DNA of 64,000 nt from a virus, in IMG/VR virus record IMGVR_UViG_3300045988_132833. One strand, given 5' to 3'. How positions within the stretch are numbered: the stretch's first letter is position 1; each line of letters begins with the position of its first letter. The translations under genes and the position numbers were made by a program. Below are positions 39,123 to 48,853 of this stretch, piece by piece. The notes beneath the pieces were generated by a model. It saw only the letters and a list, made by a program, of their open reading frames with translations. It was not told the origin of the DNA and searched no databases.

Positions 39123-40931
39123 TTAATCCTTCTTGACCTCTTCCTTGCCTGCGATGGCATTGAGAGTCTTCTTGAAAGGAATAGACTTGAGAAGTTCAAA
39201 TGCTGGATTGAGATTCTCAGCCATTGAAGCCATGAAGTTACCAGCAGTGTTCTCGTTACCATAAACAGTAACCTCACCAAGATGGATATGCTCATAAACC
39301 TCAGCCTGAGCTTCGGCGATACCCTTAAGCTGATCGACAGTCTTATACTGAACAATCATCTCTGGAGTCATACCTGTCTCAATCATCTTCTCAATTGCAA
39401 GTGCTGGAGCCATCTCAATAGCCTGAACCTTATCAGCCTCAGCCATCAAAGAGGCACGCTTACCTTCTGCCTCAGCAAGGAGTTTCTTCTTGTTACCCTC
39501 CGCCTCAGCTTCTGCCTTAGCCTGGATTGCCTGAGCCTCAGCCAGAGCTTTCTGCTTAATTGCTTCAGCCTCAGCCTGTGCCTCAACAATCTTCTTCTGC
39601 TTCTCAGCCTCAGCCTCAATAACTACAGCTTCCTTCTTCTTCTGAGCAGGAACAATAGACTCAGCGTTCAACTGTGCCTCCTTAGCTTCAGCATTCTTCT
39701 TAGCAATTGCTACTTCAGCTTCAGCCTTAGATACACCCTCAACACGGACTGCTTCAGCCTGTGCCTTAGCAGCCTCAGCTTGTGCCTTAGAAACCTCAAT
39801 AGTTGCTGTCTGCTCAGCTACGCCTGCCTGCTTATTAGCTTCAGCTGTACGCTTACGCTTTTCAGCATCATACTCAGCTACCTTAGCTTCCTGCTCATTA
39901 ATAGCCTTTCTGGTTTCAGCTTCCTGCTGCTGTTCAGCCTTAGCCATACGAATATTCTTCTCAGCCTCTGCCTCTGCCTGTGCAGCAAGAGCATCTGCTT
40001 CAGACTTTGCTACAGCGGCAGCTGAACGAGCCTGTGCAGCAGCAGTAGCAGCTTCCTTATCAGCCTGCTGATTAGCAACCTCAGACTCCTTAGTCTTATC
40101 AGCCTCTGCAAGACTAATTGCCTTGTTCTTCTCGATCTCGGCAACCTTTACTTCCTGCTCCTGCTTAGTCTGAGCTACCTGAGTAGCTTGATCCTTCTCT
40201 GCAGCAGCTACGGCAATTGCTTTCTCCTTCTTGGTTTCAGCAATCTGAATATCACCCTTCTTTTCCTCCTCAGCAATGTCTGCCTCAGCTTGTGCCTTTG
40301 CCTTGGTAGCTGCCTTCTTACCGAGATTCTCGATATAGTCAGCATCATCAGTAATATCAGCATTGTTAATGTTAATAATACTGAAACCTACCTTGTTCAA
40401 TTCAGTCTCGATATTCTCCTTAGCATTACCAAGGAACTTAATTCGATCAGCATTGATCTCTTCGATGGTCATAGTAGCCATCAAAGCACGAGTTTCACCA
40501 ATAAGAATATCGGTAATTTGAGCAGAAATTTCCTCAGGTTTAGCAGTCAGGAAACGACTTGCAGCATTTTGCATGAGTACATCAGTTGTACCAATTCCAG
40601 TAGTTAAGGTAACTGGAATTTTGACCTTAATCATCTGACTTGACACACCCGTTACCTCTGTCTGAATCTGGATAGGTTTCAGAGACATCTTCTTCCAATC
40701 CTGGATTACAGGGAATACAAAGGTACCTCCGCCATGGATGATCTTAGAAGGAAGAATTGTTGTTTCCTTCTTGCCAGTTGCTGGATTGATTCCAACTTTC
40801 TTGCCAGTCTTACCAAAGACTACCAAGATTTCATCACTTGCACAACGACGATAACGTGACATGAGACCGATGAGGGTCAAGATTACAAGCACAACTATTG
40901 CGCCTGCAATAACTAAACTTTCTGTTAACAT
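39123..40931 (-). CDS. Flotillin-like SPFH/Band-7 protein (YqiK-like)
   Basis: N-terminal TM, an SPFH-like region, then a long Ala/Glu/Lys-rich coiled coil with AEAEAE repeats; 602 aa. Confidence 0.55.
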   Translation of the reverse strand: MLTESLVIAGAIVVLVILTLIGLMSRYRRCASDEILVVFGKTGKKVGINPATGKKETTILPSKIIHGGGTFVFPVIQDWKKMSLKPIQIQTEVTGVSSQMIKVKIPVTLTTGIGTTDVLMQNAASRFLTAKPEEISAQITDILIGETRALMATMTIEEINADRIKFLGNAKENIETELNKVGFSIININNADITDDADYIENLGKKAATKAKAQAEADIAEEEKKGDIQIAETKKEKAIAVAAAEKDQATQVAQTKQEQEVKVAEIEKNKAISLAEADKTKESEVANQQADKEAATAAAQARSAAAVAKSEADALAAQAEAEAEKNIRMAKAEQQQEAETRKAINEQEAKVAEYDAEKRKRTAEANKQAGVAEQTATIEVSKAQAEAAKAQAEAVRVEGVSKAEAEVAIAKKNAEAKEAQLNAESIVPAQKKKEAVVIEAEAEKQKKIVEAQAEAEAIKQKALAEAQAIQAKAEAEAEGNKKKLLAEAEGKRASLMAEADKVQAIEMAPALAIEKMIETGMTPEMIVQYKTVDQLKGIAEAQAEVYEHIHLGEVTVYGNENTAGNFMASMAENLNPAFELLKSIPFKKTLNAIAGKEEVKKD

Positions 40932-40949
40932 TTATAAAATTTTTATTAA

Positions 40950-41471
40950 TTAAGAAATAAAATAAATTCCTGACTTATATGAGTCAATGTGAAGAATGTC
41001 TCCACACTTTATTGTGTGGTTTGCCGGCTTTGAAAGTCTGCACCTATCCAATGGAATGTATCCAGAGTCTGTTATACAGTTTCCAGAATATTCCATTTCT
41101 GAAATCTGGACAGAAATTGCTACTTCCTTTCCAACTAAACTTTCTCCACTTTTGATTTGGGGTTCACTATTGAACTTTAAACATAGCCTATAGGCATAGT
41201 ATAAAATCACAATAAATGCAAAACCAATTACAGAAGCTATTGCTAAGGTGGTAAGGGTAACCTTTCCCGCCAGCATAAGCCATCCGGAGAAGCCCATTGC
41301 AAAATGAACTAATCCCTTGAAGGAGAGAACATCTCCAAGTCCAAAGTCTGGTTCACCATCAAAATCAATGTCTAAATCTAAATCTCCCCAACCAAAGAAG
41401 TTGGAGAGAAGGAATTGGACAATGAAAATACCATAAGAGATGATTCCCAGAATGTAATACCACTCCATCAT
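40950..41471 (-). CDS. NfeD/YqiJ-like membrane protein (flotillin partner)
   Basis: Multiple N-terminal TM helices plus a C-terminal soluble domain; located immediately upstream of the flotillin-like gene. Confidence 0.4.
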   Translation of the reverse strand: MMEWYYILGIISYGIFIVQFLLSNFFGWGDLDLDIDFDGEPDFGLGDVLSFKGLVHFAMGFSGWLMLAGKVTLTTLAIASVIGFAFIVILYYAYRLCLKFNSEPQIKSGESLVGKEVAISVQISEMEYSGNCITDSGYIPLDRCRLSKPANHTIKCGDILHIDSYKSGIYFIS

Positions 41472-41547
41472 TTTTTCTTACAATCCTTAATAGTGTCACA
41501 AATTGTGTCTACAATGAATAGTGCTACTACTGATATACAGATTATGA

Positions 41548-42129
41548 CTATGCCATCCATCTCCAATCACAGTTTGTACCACCATAACTAACCTCAAACA
41601 GAAGCTTTCCAAATTGCTTAGAAATGTACAGGGCGGCTTTCTTTGAACCAACCGACCGGAAGCCGATATTCGCCCAGGAGTCAGACACGCCGAAAAACGA
41701 GTAGAAGGCACCGAGACCCGCATACGCGCCGGTATCAGCGTAACCGCCCACGACATCGAACTCTTCTCCTTCTGATTTGATTCGTCCTACAACGATGTCA
41801 CCGCAACAATTCTTAAGCTTTCCAGGTCTACAGAACTCAATAGTAGGAAACCAACGTTCTCCAGTGGTAAGATGCCTCTGTTCATTATAGGTTACAGCTG
41901 CAACTACTGCTCTGTAAGCAGCTATCTTCCACTCAAATGAGTCCTTAGGAAGTCTAGACAGTGAGTCCAGAATATCCTCACAGATCCTCTTGTCTGCGAG
42001 AAATTGAGCAGCGTCCTCGATAGTTTTGATACTTTCCATGGTATCTACATCTTCGAAGACAACACGACCATCCTTCCAAATGGCTTTTTTACCATCTGGA
42101 ACTTCAATTTCTAATACCTGTTTTGCCAT
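41548..42129 (-). CDS. Hypothetical protein
   Basis: 193 aa ORF. Confidence 0.4.
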   Translation of the reverse strand: MAKQVLEIEVPDGKKAIWKDGRVVFEDVDTMESIKTIEDAAQFLADKRICEDILDSLSRLPKDSFEWKIAAYRAVVAAVTYNEQRHLTTGERWFPTIEFCRPGKLKNCCGDIVVGRIKSEGEEFDVVGGYADTGAYAGLGAFYSFFGVSDSWANIGFRSVGSKKAALYISKQFGKLLFEVSYGGTNCDWRWMA

Positions 42130-42135
42130 ACTTTG

Positions 42136-43368
42136 TTAAATCTTTAAGCTGTTAAACAATTCTTCCTCCATCCAAACGTCAGCTCCAATAGGATCACCGT
42201 TTCCACGCTGATTTACACTAAGTGCCCAAAGCTTCTTTATACCAAGGCAAAGTTCTTTTGCCAAGTCCGAAGGATAACACTTCTGCATAATCACAGTTAG
42301 ATTAGTGTAACATCCCGGCACATAGTACTCCTCAGCATATCTTAAAATGCCGTTGAATATATAAAGCCATAGGAGGATCTTCTTAAAGCTATAGGTTGGA
42401 CGAAGAAATCTAAACTCGATAGTTTTATTTACCTGATAACAAAGAGCATTAATGAAATTACACCAATAATAACGAGTTGGTATATTCCACTTTCTTTTTC
42501 GTTCTTTATCATCAGGATGAGCTTGGGTAAAGCTTCCGAAGAATTGCCTTCCCACTAGATGCGAATACATATCCTCAAAACTACCATACAAAGCAAGCTT
42601 TTTACAATAGTCTTTACCATTATCCTTATATCTAGCACTATTGAAAGTCAAAGAAGGAAGCATATCTTCCAGCTCAGGTTCAATAGATTTACATACAAGA
42701 TAAAGATTGTAGATAGTATCAGGCTTAAGAGGGTAACCTCCTAGATGAACATGTAGAGAGCATTCCTTATTAAAGTTAGTATACTCTTTGAGTGTCTCTA
42801 TCTGCTGATGAAGAAGAGAAAGTCCCTCTCCTCCCTTCAGTATAACGGTAGAGTACTCTGGTCCGGTAATGGATCCATCCCTTAATGGGATTAATCCATC
42901 TCGATAACATACGTCCTCAGGCACATATCCTTGAGATGTTTCGAACTCCAGTCCAAAAGTGTACTTTAAATATTTTGATAAGGGATACAAAGTTTCATGG
43001 TCTTTGATTTCTTGCTTTCCATTGAAAGCATCAAAATTCTCTACAGCTTCATACCTTCTAGTAAGAATATAAGGAAAATCTCCGAAACCCTTTATGAGCT
43101 GCTCTGTAAGTATAAAATCTTCATTGTGATGGATAGGAGAAAAGTATACTCCATTTCTCTTACTATACAAGAGTTTCCCCTTATATAGATTTAAATCCGT
43201 TTCAAAGTAATTACTATGCCCACTAGAGCTAGCTATAAGAACTCTAACAACCCTATCAGGCTTACTAGTATATCCGAAGATAACTTGCTCTGGGAGTTGT
43301 TGGATGATAATCCTCGCACAATTTCGAGATCTCACCCATCTTTTAGTTATTTCATCAAAGACTTGCAT
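42136..43368 (-). CDS. Hypothetical protein
   Basis: 410 aa ORF. Confidence 0.45.
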   Translation of the reverse strand: MQVFDEITKRWVRSRNCARIIIQQLPEQVIFGYTSKPDRVVRVLIASSSGHSNYFETDLNLYKGKLLYSKRNGVYFSPIHHNEDFILTEQLIKGFGDFPYILTRRYEAVENFDAFNGKQEIKDHETLYPLSKYLKYTFGLEFETSQGYVPEDVCYRDGLIPLRDGSITGPEYSTVILKGGEGLSLLHQQIETLKEYTNFNKECSLHVHLGGYPLKPDTIYNLYLVCKSIEPELEDMLPSLTFNSARYKDNGKDYCKKLALYGSFEDMYSHLVGRQFFGSFTQAHPDDKERKRKWNIPTRYYWCNFINALCYQVNKTIEFRFLRPTYSFKKILLWLYIFNGILRYAEEYYVPGCYTNLTVIMQKCYPSDLAKELCLGIKKLWALSVNQRGNGDPIGADVWMEEELFNSLKI

Positions 43369-44693
43369 TCTTCCTTAATTGTTTTAAAATTAACATCCAA
43401 TTTAGCTTCCTCTAGAGAACTAAATGCCTCATCAGAAGTCCTACCATATTTAGTAGTTCTTCTGCTTCCAGCAAAAAATTCTGTAGAAGAAGTTGATGTA
43501 ATCATATTTAGCGTTCCTGTAAAAGGAACTCTCTTAGTTGGAGAGGTAGCTCGATACCATACATCCTTCTCATGATATACACCATCAACGCTCAAATACC
43601 TTATAAGGTTCTTAAACTTTTTATTAAACTCTTTATCTTCGAGCTTACTGTCCTTCTTAAGGACTGTAAGAAATCGAAAGCATGCAACATTCTTAAGAGC
43701 AACTCCATCCCAGAAGAATATCTCTTTATATGTTGACTTTTTAGGAGCTTCATCCATCATCATTCCATACTTACTAAGTATTACTCGTCCTTGGAGCTTT
43801 TTGCCTCTTCCATGATAAGTATTATCTACTTGGTTAGTCGAAATAAAATCATCGTAAAGATTGCCATTGCTTTCTTCCAGCCCAAATTCTCCCCAATATT
43901 TTCCTCCATATTTAGATGGAGTTACATATACGGTTTCCTTCCTTTGACAAGCATTGGCTCTATAAACTTCCTCAATGGCAATTAAGTCCTTACCATTAAA
44001 CTCAAATAGGCAATTTGGATTTAAAATCCAAGTTGTGAGCTTATGTCTAAGAGACATTAAATAAGAAGCAATAGAAGAGAAAATTAACTCTCCCTTTATA
44101 GGATCAACACAGAAGTACAACGGACGTTCATCAGTTTCCTTCTTATCCCACTTGTCTTTCTTAGAGGCTCCTTTAAAGAGTAAAATCTTTGGTTTTCCAC
44201 CACGGTAGTCTGCAATTGCAAACACTGCTCCACCGTTATACTCACTGAGTGCCTTGTATCCAGAATGATAGAAAATTCTAGCCATTACCTGAGAGTCAGT
44301 CATACCAGTAATATCAATATCTGGTATGTATTTTTTAGCTAACTCCTTGTAATTATAGATAGTTCCGTTATGCATTAGAACATATTCTACCTTTCCATTG
44401 GCATTAGTAAGTACCACTGGCTGAGCAGTTGTTTCGTCGATAATACCAACAGATGCTTTTCTACAATGACCAAAAGCCACTGAACTCATTTTAAGCTCAT
44501 TAAGAAACTTATTGTCTTGGAAAAAACACTGAAACCACTTATCGTCGCCTTTTGCTCCATACTCGTAGTGTCCATCAATAAAATAGCCACAAGAGTCACC
44601 ACCTCTACTATCATTAGCAATACCTAATGTACAGAAAGTTGGAAAGTCAAAAGACCTCATGCTCTTTGTAACGATACCAAATATTCCACACAT
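43347..44693 (-). CDS. Class-II (Ntn) glutamine amidotransferase domain protein
   Basis: N-terminal MCGIFGIV nucleophile-Cys motif; 448 aa. Confidence 0.55.
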   Translation of the reverse strand: MCGIFGIVTKSMRSFDFPTFCTLGIANDSRGGDSCGYFIDGHYEYGAKGDDKWFQCFFQDNKFLNELKMSSVAFGHCRKASVGIIDETTAQPVVLTNANGKVEYVLMHNGTIYNYKELAKKYIPDIDITGMTDSQVMARIFYHSGYKALSEYNGGAVFAIADYRGGKPKILLFKGASKKDKWDKKETDERPLYFCVDPIKGELIFSSIASYLMSLRHKLTTWILNPNCLFEFNGKDLIAIEEVYRANACQRKETVYVTPSKYGGKYWGEFGLEESNGNLYDDFISTNQVDNTYHGRGKKLQGRVILSKYGMMMDEAPKKSTYKEIFFWDGVALKNVACFRFLTVLKKDSKLEDKEFNKKFKNLIRYLSVDGVYHEKDVWYRATSPTKRVPFTGTLNMITSTSSTEFFAGSRRTTKYGRTSDEAFSSLEEAKLDVNFKTIKEECKSLMK

Positions 44694-44695
44694 AA

Positions 44696-45487
44696 TTATG
44701 CTAAATTATAATGAGTTATTAACTGTTCAGCTAGTTCAACATTACTGTTATTAATGGCTTCCTGAACTAAATCTCTACTTGGAAGACTGTAGTTGGTCTG
44801 ATAAGCTTTCAAAGCCTTCTGCAATTGCTTCCAGATGAAAGACAACTTAGAAGGAGAACCCATCATTGCACTACTAAGAACTCGGTACTCAACACCGTAG
44901 TCAGTTAGACGGAAGCAGCCGGCTTTACCATAAAGAGAGCGGCGTTTCTTATCTTTATCCTTAACGACGGAAGGAATACCTAAGAAGGCATCCATATACT
45001 TTACAAGAGCAAGACTAGTATCTACGTCAGGATTTTTATATCCAACATGAATGTGGAAACCAGCAGAACGAAGATTAGTTGATGTACCCTTAGGTTTAGG
45101 GTTTGCCTTCATTGTATAGGCATTATAATCAACATCACATCCGAAAAGCTTAGCTTGATCACTCTGCAATTCAGATGCAGGTACGGTCTGGGAGGCTATA
45201 CATTTTATACCAAGGTCTGGATTTTTACTCTTAACAAACTTATCTATATACTCCTGCATATAAACAATGTTGTTAACAAAGTTTATTCCATTCTTAACAG
45301 GAGGAATGTTAAATTCTGCAAGAATATTATCAGTCTCAAGTCCAAAACCTTCTGGCATATCATCAGACCTCCATGGATTGCCTTTTTCACCAGGGATTAA
45401 TCCAACGGCAGACACTACCTTCTTTGTCTTCTCATTAATAATAAACAGTTCTGGGTCTGCACCAATAGTTACATTACACAATTTCAT
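44696..45487 (-). CDS. Putative amidoligase / carboxylate-amine ligase (GCS2-like)
   Basis: GADPELFI and GFHIHVGY motifs; 263 aa. Confidence 0.35.
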   Translation of the reverse strand: MKLCNVTIGADPELFIINEKTKKVVSAVGLIPGEKGNPWRSDDMPEGFGLETDNILAEFNIPPVKNGINFVNNIVYMQEYIDKFVKSKNPDLGIKCIASQTVPASELQSDQAKLFGCDVDYNAYTMKANPKPKGTSTNLRSAGFHIHVGYKNPDVDTSLALVKYMDAFLGIPSVVKDKDKKRRSLYGKAGCFRLTDYGVEYRVLSSAMMGSPSKLSFIWKQLQKALKAYQTNYSLPSRDLVQEAINNSNVELAEQLITHYNLA

Positions 45488-46103
45488 TTACGAGATCTTT
45501 TACAAGGTTATTAATCATTTCAGCAACGGGAGAATCAGGAATCATTTCAGGATGACCTTGTACTGCGAGACACTTAGGCAATCCCTTCTTATGATATAAG
45601 ACAATTTCTGGCTCTCTTCCAGAAACAACGTTAGGGTCTATTCCCTCCCCTTCATAATAATCACTCTCTACTCCATAGGATACAAACAGGACGTCATAAT
45701 CTTCCCCATTAAGATTAAATGGATACTGCATCTGATGGTGGGTAGAAGTTATTTGATAAATCTTGTCACCATCAGTTATCCCATGAGTAAATCCAGTAGC
45801 ATGACTCGTCACATTTTGAACAAGCTTGCCACCATTCATCACGCATAGAAATTGAGATCCACGGCAAATTCCAAGACAAACCTGTTTCTTTGGATCTATC
45901 TTATTGAAGATAGCCTGTTCTGCCTGATCTCTTCTAAGGTTAGAATAAGTAGTTCTATGCCTCTTACATCCATAAAGAGAAGGTGTGACATCTTCTCCTC
46001 CGGTGAATACTACTAATTGTGCATCTTCAAGTTTATCAACAAGCTGCACATTTTCAATGAAGTTGACGTAGTTATCAGCTCCACCTACAACATAAATCTT
46101 CAT
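45474..46103 (-). CDS. Class-I glutamine amidotransferase-like / gamma-glutamyl hydrolase (peptidase C26-like)
   Basis: Nucleophile elbow GICRGSQ and a QGHPE His/Glu motif; 209 aa. Confidence 0.5.
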   Translation of the reverse strand: MKIYVVGGADNYVNFIENVQLVDKLEDAQLVVFTGGEDVTPSLYGCKRHRTTYSNLRRDQAEQAIFNKIDPKKQVCLGICRGSQFLCVMNGGKLVQNVTSHATGFTHGITDGDKIYQITSTHHQMQYPFNLNGEDYDVLFVSYGVESDYYEGEGIDPNVVSGREPEIVLYHKKGLPKCLAVQGHPEMIPDSPVAEMINNLVKDLVNEIV

Positions 46104-46861
46104 TTCTTCTTTATTACTTCTTTATAAACATTCATGTAAACTGGTTTTCTTCGTCTTTCGAAGATATCATCGCTTTCCCAAAATTCAAAATCAGAAGTGG
46201 TAAGATCCCCATCTTCATTTGGTATTTGGCTGTTATTGCCTTTATTCTTCAACTTATCATAAACGTTATTTAACATTTTGATATACTGAAGTTTCTCTCT
46301 AATGTCTCTCTTTAACATAGTCTTGCTAACTTGGTTCCTAGCTATTTGATGAATATCTCTAGGATTTTCGTTAAAACAGCCTAGCACAAGATTAAACAAG
46401 TCAGACATAGAGGTGAACCTAAAGCATGGGTCCTTTTTTAACTTATAAGCATCATATAAGATAACATTATAAGGGTACTCATACATATATCTCAGCCAAG
46501 TTAAAAGATACTTATGAAACGTACCAGGAACGTTAGTGAGTTTTAAGCGAACCTTAAATACATTATAACCATCTCTCCAGTTGGTAACTTCTGTAATGTA
46601 GAAATCAAATGGATAAATACCTTGAGCTTGTCTGAGATGGTTTCTTATCTGTTTCTTTGTAAAGAAACACGAATTTGAATTATGCTTCTCTCTAGAAAAA
46701 TCAGTTCCCTTATAAAGGATAACTTCATATTCTTCACTTACATTTTCCTCGTCAGTGTGTCTAAATACGAATGAGAAGCATGTTTCTACATCCATGTCCT
46801 TCTTAAAGGCACCTTTACATGAATATTCCGTGTGGTAATCTAAAAATTGAAAATCTTTCAT
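46100..46861 (-). CDS. Hypothetical protein
   Basis: 253 aa ORF. Confidence 0.45.
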   Translation of the reverse strand: MKDFQFLDYHTEYSCKGAFKKDMDVETCFSFVFRHTDEENVSEEYEVILYKGTDFSREKHNSNSCFFTKKQIRNHLRQAQGIYPFDFYITEVTNWRDGYNVFKVRLKLTNVPGTFHKYLLTWLRYMYEYPYNVILYDAYKLKKDPCFRFTSMSDLFNLVLGCFNENPRDIHQIARNQVSKTMLKRDIREKLQYIKMLNNVYDKLKNKGNNSQIPNEDGDLTTSDFEFWESDDIFERRRKPVYMNVYKEVIKKK

Positions 46862-46905
46862 TAAAGAAAAAAAAAATAGAGGCTCCTACTATTATTCAGA
46901 GCCTC
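46862..46905 (-). terminator. Rho-independent terminator (minus sense)
   Basis: Plus strand: A10 then AGAGGCTC...GAGCCTCT hairpin, so the minus-strand RNA has the hairpin followed by U10; sits after the 46925..47959 gene. Confidence 0.55.
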
Positions 46906-46924
46906 TTAAGGTTATGAGGGTGGA

Positions 46925-47959
46925 TTAGTCCTCGATGTCTTCCTCTGTTTCCTTCTCAGGAGCGGCCTGAGCGGGAGCCTGAGCAGCGCCAAACATGTTG
47001 CCGAAAGGACTGTTGCCTCCCATCATGCTCATCATAAGCATATCCTTAGTAGACAAACCATCCTTACCAGCAAGCAATGCAAACATCATAGGATTACCAG
47101 CCACAGCACCTCCCTGCTGATTCATCATCATGAGAGGGAGCAATGAAGCCAATGAGTCATCCTTCTTGCCATCCTTAGCAAGTGCCATAAGCATCATAGG
47201 ATTCATCTGGCCTCCCATGTTACCAGTAAGAGATACCACTACGCGGACCATAGTCTGGTTGAACATAAAGTCCTTGATAGTGCGGATAAGCTTACCAGCA
47301 CCTGTATAGCTGATAGCGTTGATCTTCTCACCCTTGATAGAGGTAACCTTAGCATAGCTACGATCAAGAGCAATGATATCACCTACTACGAGGTTCTCCT
47401 TAGGCTTGCTCATGATGAACACAGGCAGTGGAAGAGTGAGTTCCTCTGGATAAGCAGTCAGGTGATTCTGAGCGTCAATTGCTACATAACCCTGATTTGT
47501 TGCAACACAGATGTTACCATCCATAGAGACGCGAACATCCTTAGCCTCTGTAGGCATGAATGTCTCCTTCAAGCGATCAGAGAAACCTGCGATAGTGTTC
47601 TTGGTAACACCCTCTGTAGAAGTGTTTACAAGAGGCTTCTTTGCGCCAAATGGATAATCTACCTGTACAACACCGATGATGTTGCTCTTCTTAGCGTAGC
47701 TGTAGTCACCACCTGTCTCAAGGACATAGATGTGATTGCCCTTGCTGCTGAGAATATGAGCACCTTCCTCTACTGAGTAGAGTTCAGTACCTTCCTTTGC
47801 AAAGCAAGTCATGAACTTACCATTCTCTTCTGCGAAGTTAGACACCTGCTCCAAAGTTGTTGGAACGAAATTAGGGTTTGAAGTGTACAAAATTGATTTG
47901 ATCATTTTGTGTAAAAAATTTAAAAAGTTATTAAATATGCCTTTCGGCGTTATATACAA
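46925..47959 (-). CDS. Hypothetical protein with a Met/Gly/Ala-rich C-terminus
   Basis: 344 aa ORF; the C-terminal ~80 aa is low complexity (MM/NPMM repeats). Confidence 0.45.
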   Translation of the reverse strand: MYITPKGIFNNFLNFLHKMIKSILYTSNPNFVPTTLEQVSNFAEENGKFMTCFAKEGTELYSVEEGAHILSSKGNHIYVLETGGDYSYAKKSNIIGVVQVDYPFGAKKPLVNTSTEGVTKNTIAGFSDRLKETFMPTEAKDVRVSMDGNICVATNQGYVAIDAQNHLTAYPEELTLPLPVFIMSKPKENLVVGDIIALDRSYAKVTSIKGEKINAISYTGAGKLIRTIKDFMFNQTMVRVVVSLTGNMGGQMNPMMLMALAKDGKKDDSLASLLPLMMMNQQGGAVAGNPMMFALLAGKDGLSTKDMLMMSMMGGNSPFGNMFGAAQAPAQAAPEKETEEDIED

Positions 47960-47993
47960 AAATAGCTGACACTATTACTAGTGCCAGCTTTAG

Positions 47994-48082
47994 AGGAGGG
48001 TGTGAGATTCGAACTCACGGAACGCTTGTCACGTTCTCCGGTTTTCAGGACCGGTGCATTAAGCCAGCTCTGCCAACCCTCC
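47994..48082 (-). tRNA. tRNA-Ser (anticodon TGA)
   Basis: Acceptor GGAGGGT/ACCCTCC, anticodon arm CCGGT-CCTGAAA-ACCGG, long variable arm, T-arm GTGAG-TTCGAAT-CTCAC. Confidence 0.65.
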
Positions 48083-48133
48083 AAATAATAGGACTAAGAA
48101 AAGCATCGTGTCCTATAGATTACTCTATATGCC

Positions 48134-48418
48134 TTACTCATTCACCTTAACGCGCGTACTTGTTTCGTGTGTTGCTTCTTCCTGTCCTACCTTTAATATG
48201 TCTTGGTTCCACCAATCAGTTAATTCCTGAAAAGTAATACCAAATGTATCTTCAAATTTATCTTCTGGCACAGTTTCTATACCTATTTGTATAGCCCAAT
48301 ACCAGCAAGCCTTAGTTTCTTTTAATGGAATTGGTTCTTCACATAACCAAGTATCATCCATTAAGCAATCCAGAAACTCTCTATGTTCCTCCTTAAATTT
48401 ATTAATTTTATCATTCAT
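48134..48418 (-). CDS. Hypothetical acidic protein
   Basis: 94 aa ORF. Confidence 0.35.
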   Translation of the reverse strand: MNDKINKFKEEHREFLDCLMDDTWLCEEPIPLKETKACWYWAIQIGIETVPEDKFEDTFGITFQELTDWWNQDILKVGQEEATHETSTRVKVNE

Positions 48419-48420
48419 AG

Positions 48421-48507
48421 CGGAGAGTAGAGGATTCGAACCTCTGGACCGATTACTCGATCAGCGCCTTAGCAGGGCGCCACTTTAAACCGCTCAGTCA
48501 ACTCTCC
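48421..48507 (-). tRNA. tRNA-Ser (anticodon GCT)
   Basis: Acceptor GGAGAGT/ACTCTCC plus discriminator G, anticodon arm GCGCC-CTGCTAA-GGCGC, long variable arm, T-arm CAGAG-GTTCGAAT-CCTCT. Confidence 0.65.
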
Positions 48508-48514
48508 TAGAGAA

Positions 48515-48748
48515 TTAATTCTCTTCACCTTTGAATACCTCAGCAGCTATAACTGCTGCCTTAAATAGAGCTAGTACAGCATCATTCTGAAGCATTGCAT
48601 TAACAATCATATTCTGCAGATTTGCTCGTCCTTCTGAACCAATGCAAGCTGAGGAGTATTCACCATCGCTTACAATACATACTACACTCTTTACCTCTTT
48701 GAAACCATTTACGGTCTTAAGAGCTTCATCTTTAAAGTTTCTTTCCAT
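48515..48748 (-). CDS. Hypothetical protein
   Basis: 77 aa ORF. Confidence 0.3.
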   Translation of the reverse strand: MERNFKDEALKTVNGFKEVKSVVCIVSDGEYSSACIGSEGRANLQNMIVNAMLQNDAVLALFKAAVIAAEVFKGEEN

Positions 48749-48776
48749 ATTAAATATTTAATTAATAATCTATTTG

Positions 48777-48850
48777 GGTCACACCTGGGAGTCGAACCCA
48801 TTCTTCAATGTTCACAGCATTGCGTGCTAACCGTTACACTAAATGGACCA
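48777..48850 (-). tRNA. tRNA-His-like (anticodon GTG) with an unpaired acceptor stem
   Basis: Anticodon arm CAATG-CTGTGAA-CATTG, D-arm GTGT-AACGGTTA-GCAC, T-arm ATGGG-TTCGACT-CCCAG. G-1 and C73 are present, but the 5' strand GTCCATT pairs with the 3' strand GTGTGAC only at positions 1-3 and 7. Confidence 0.4.
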
Positions 48851-48853
48851 TTC

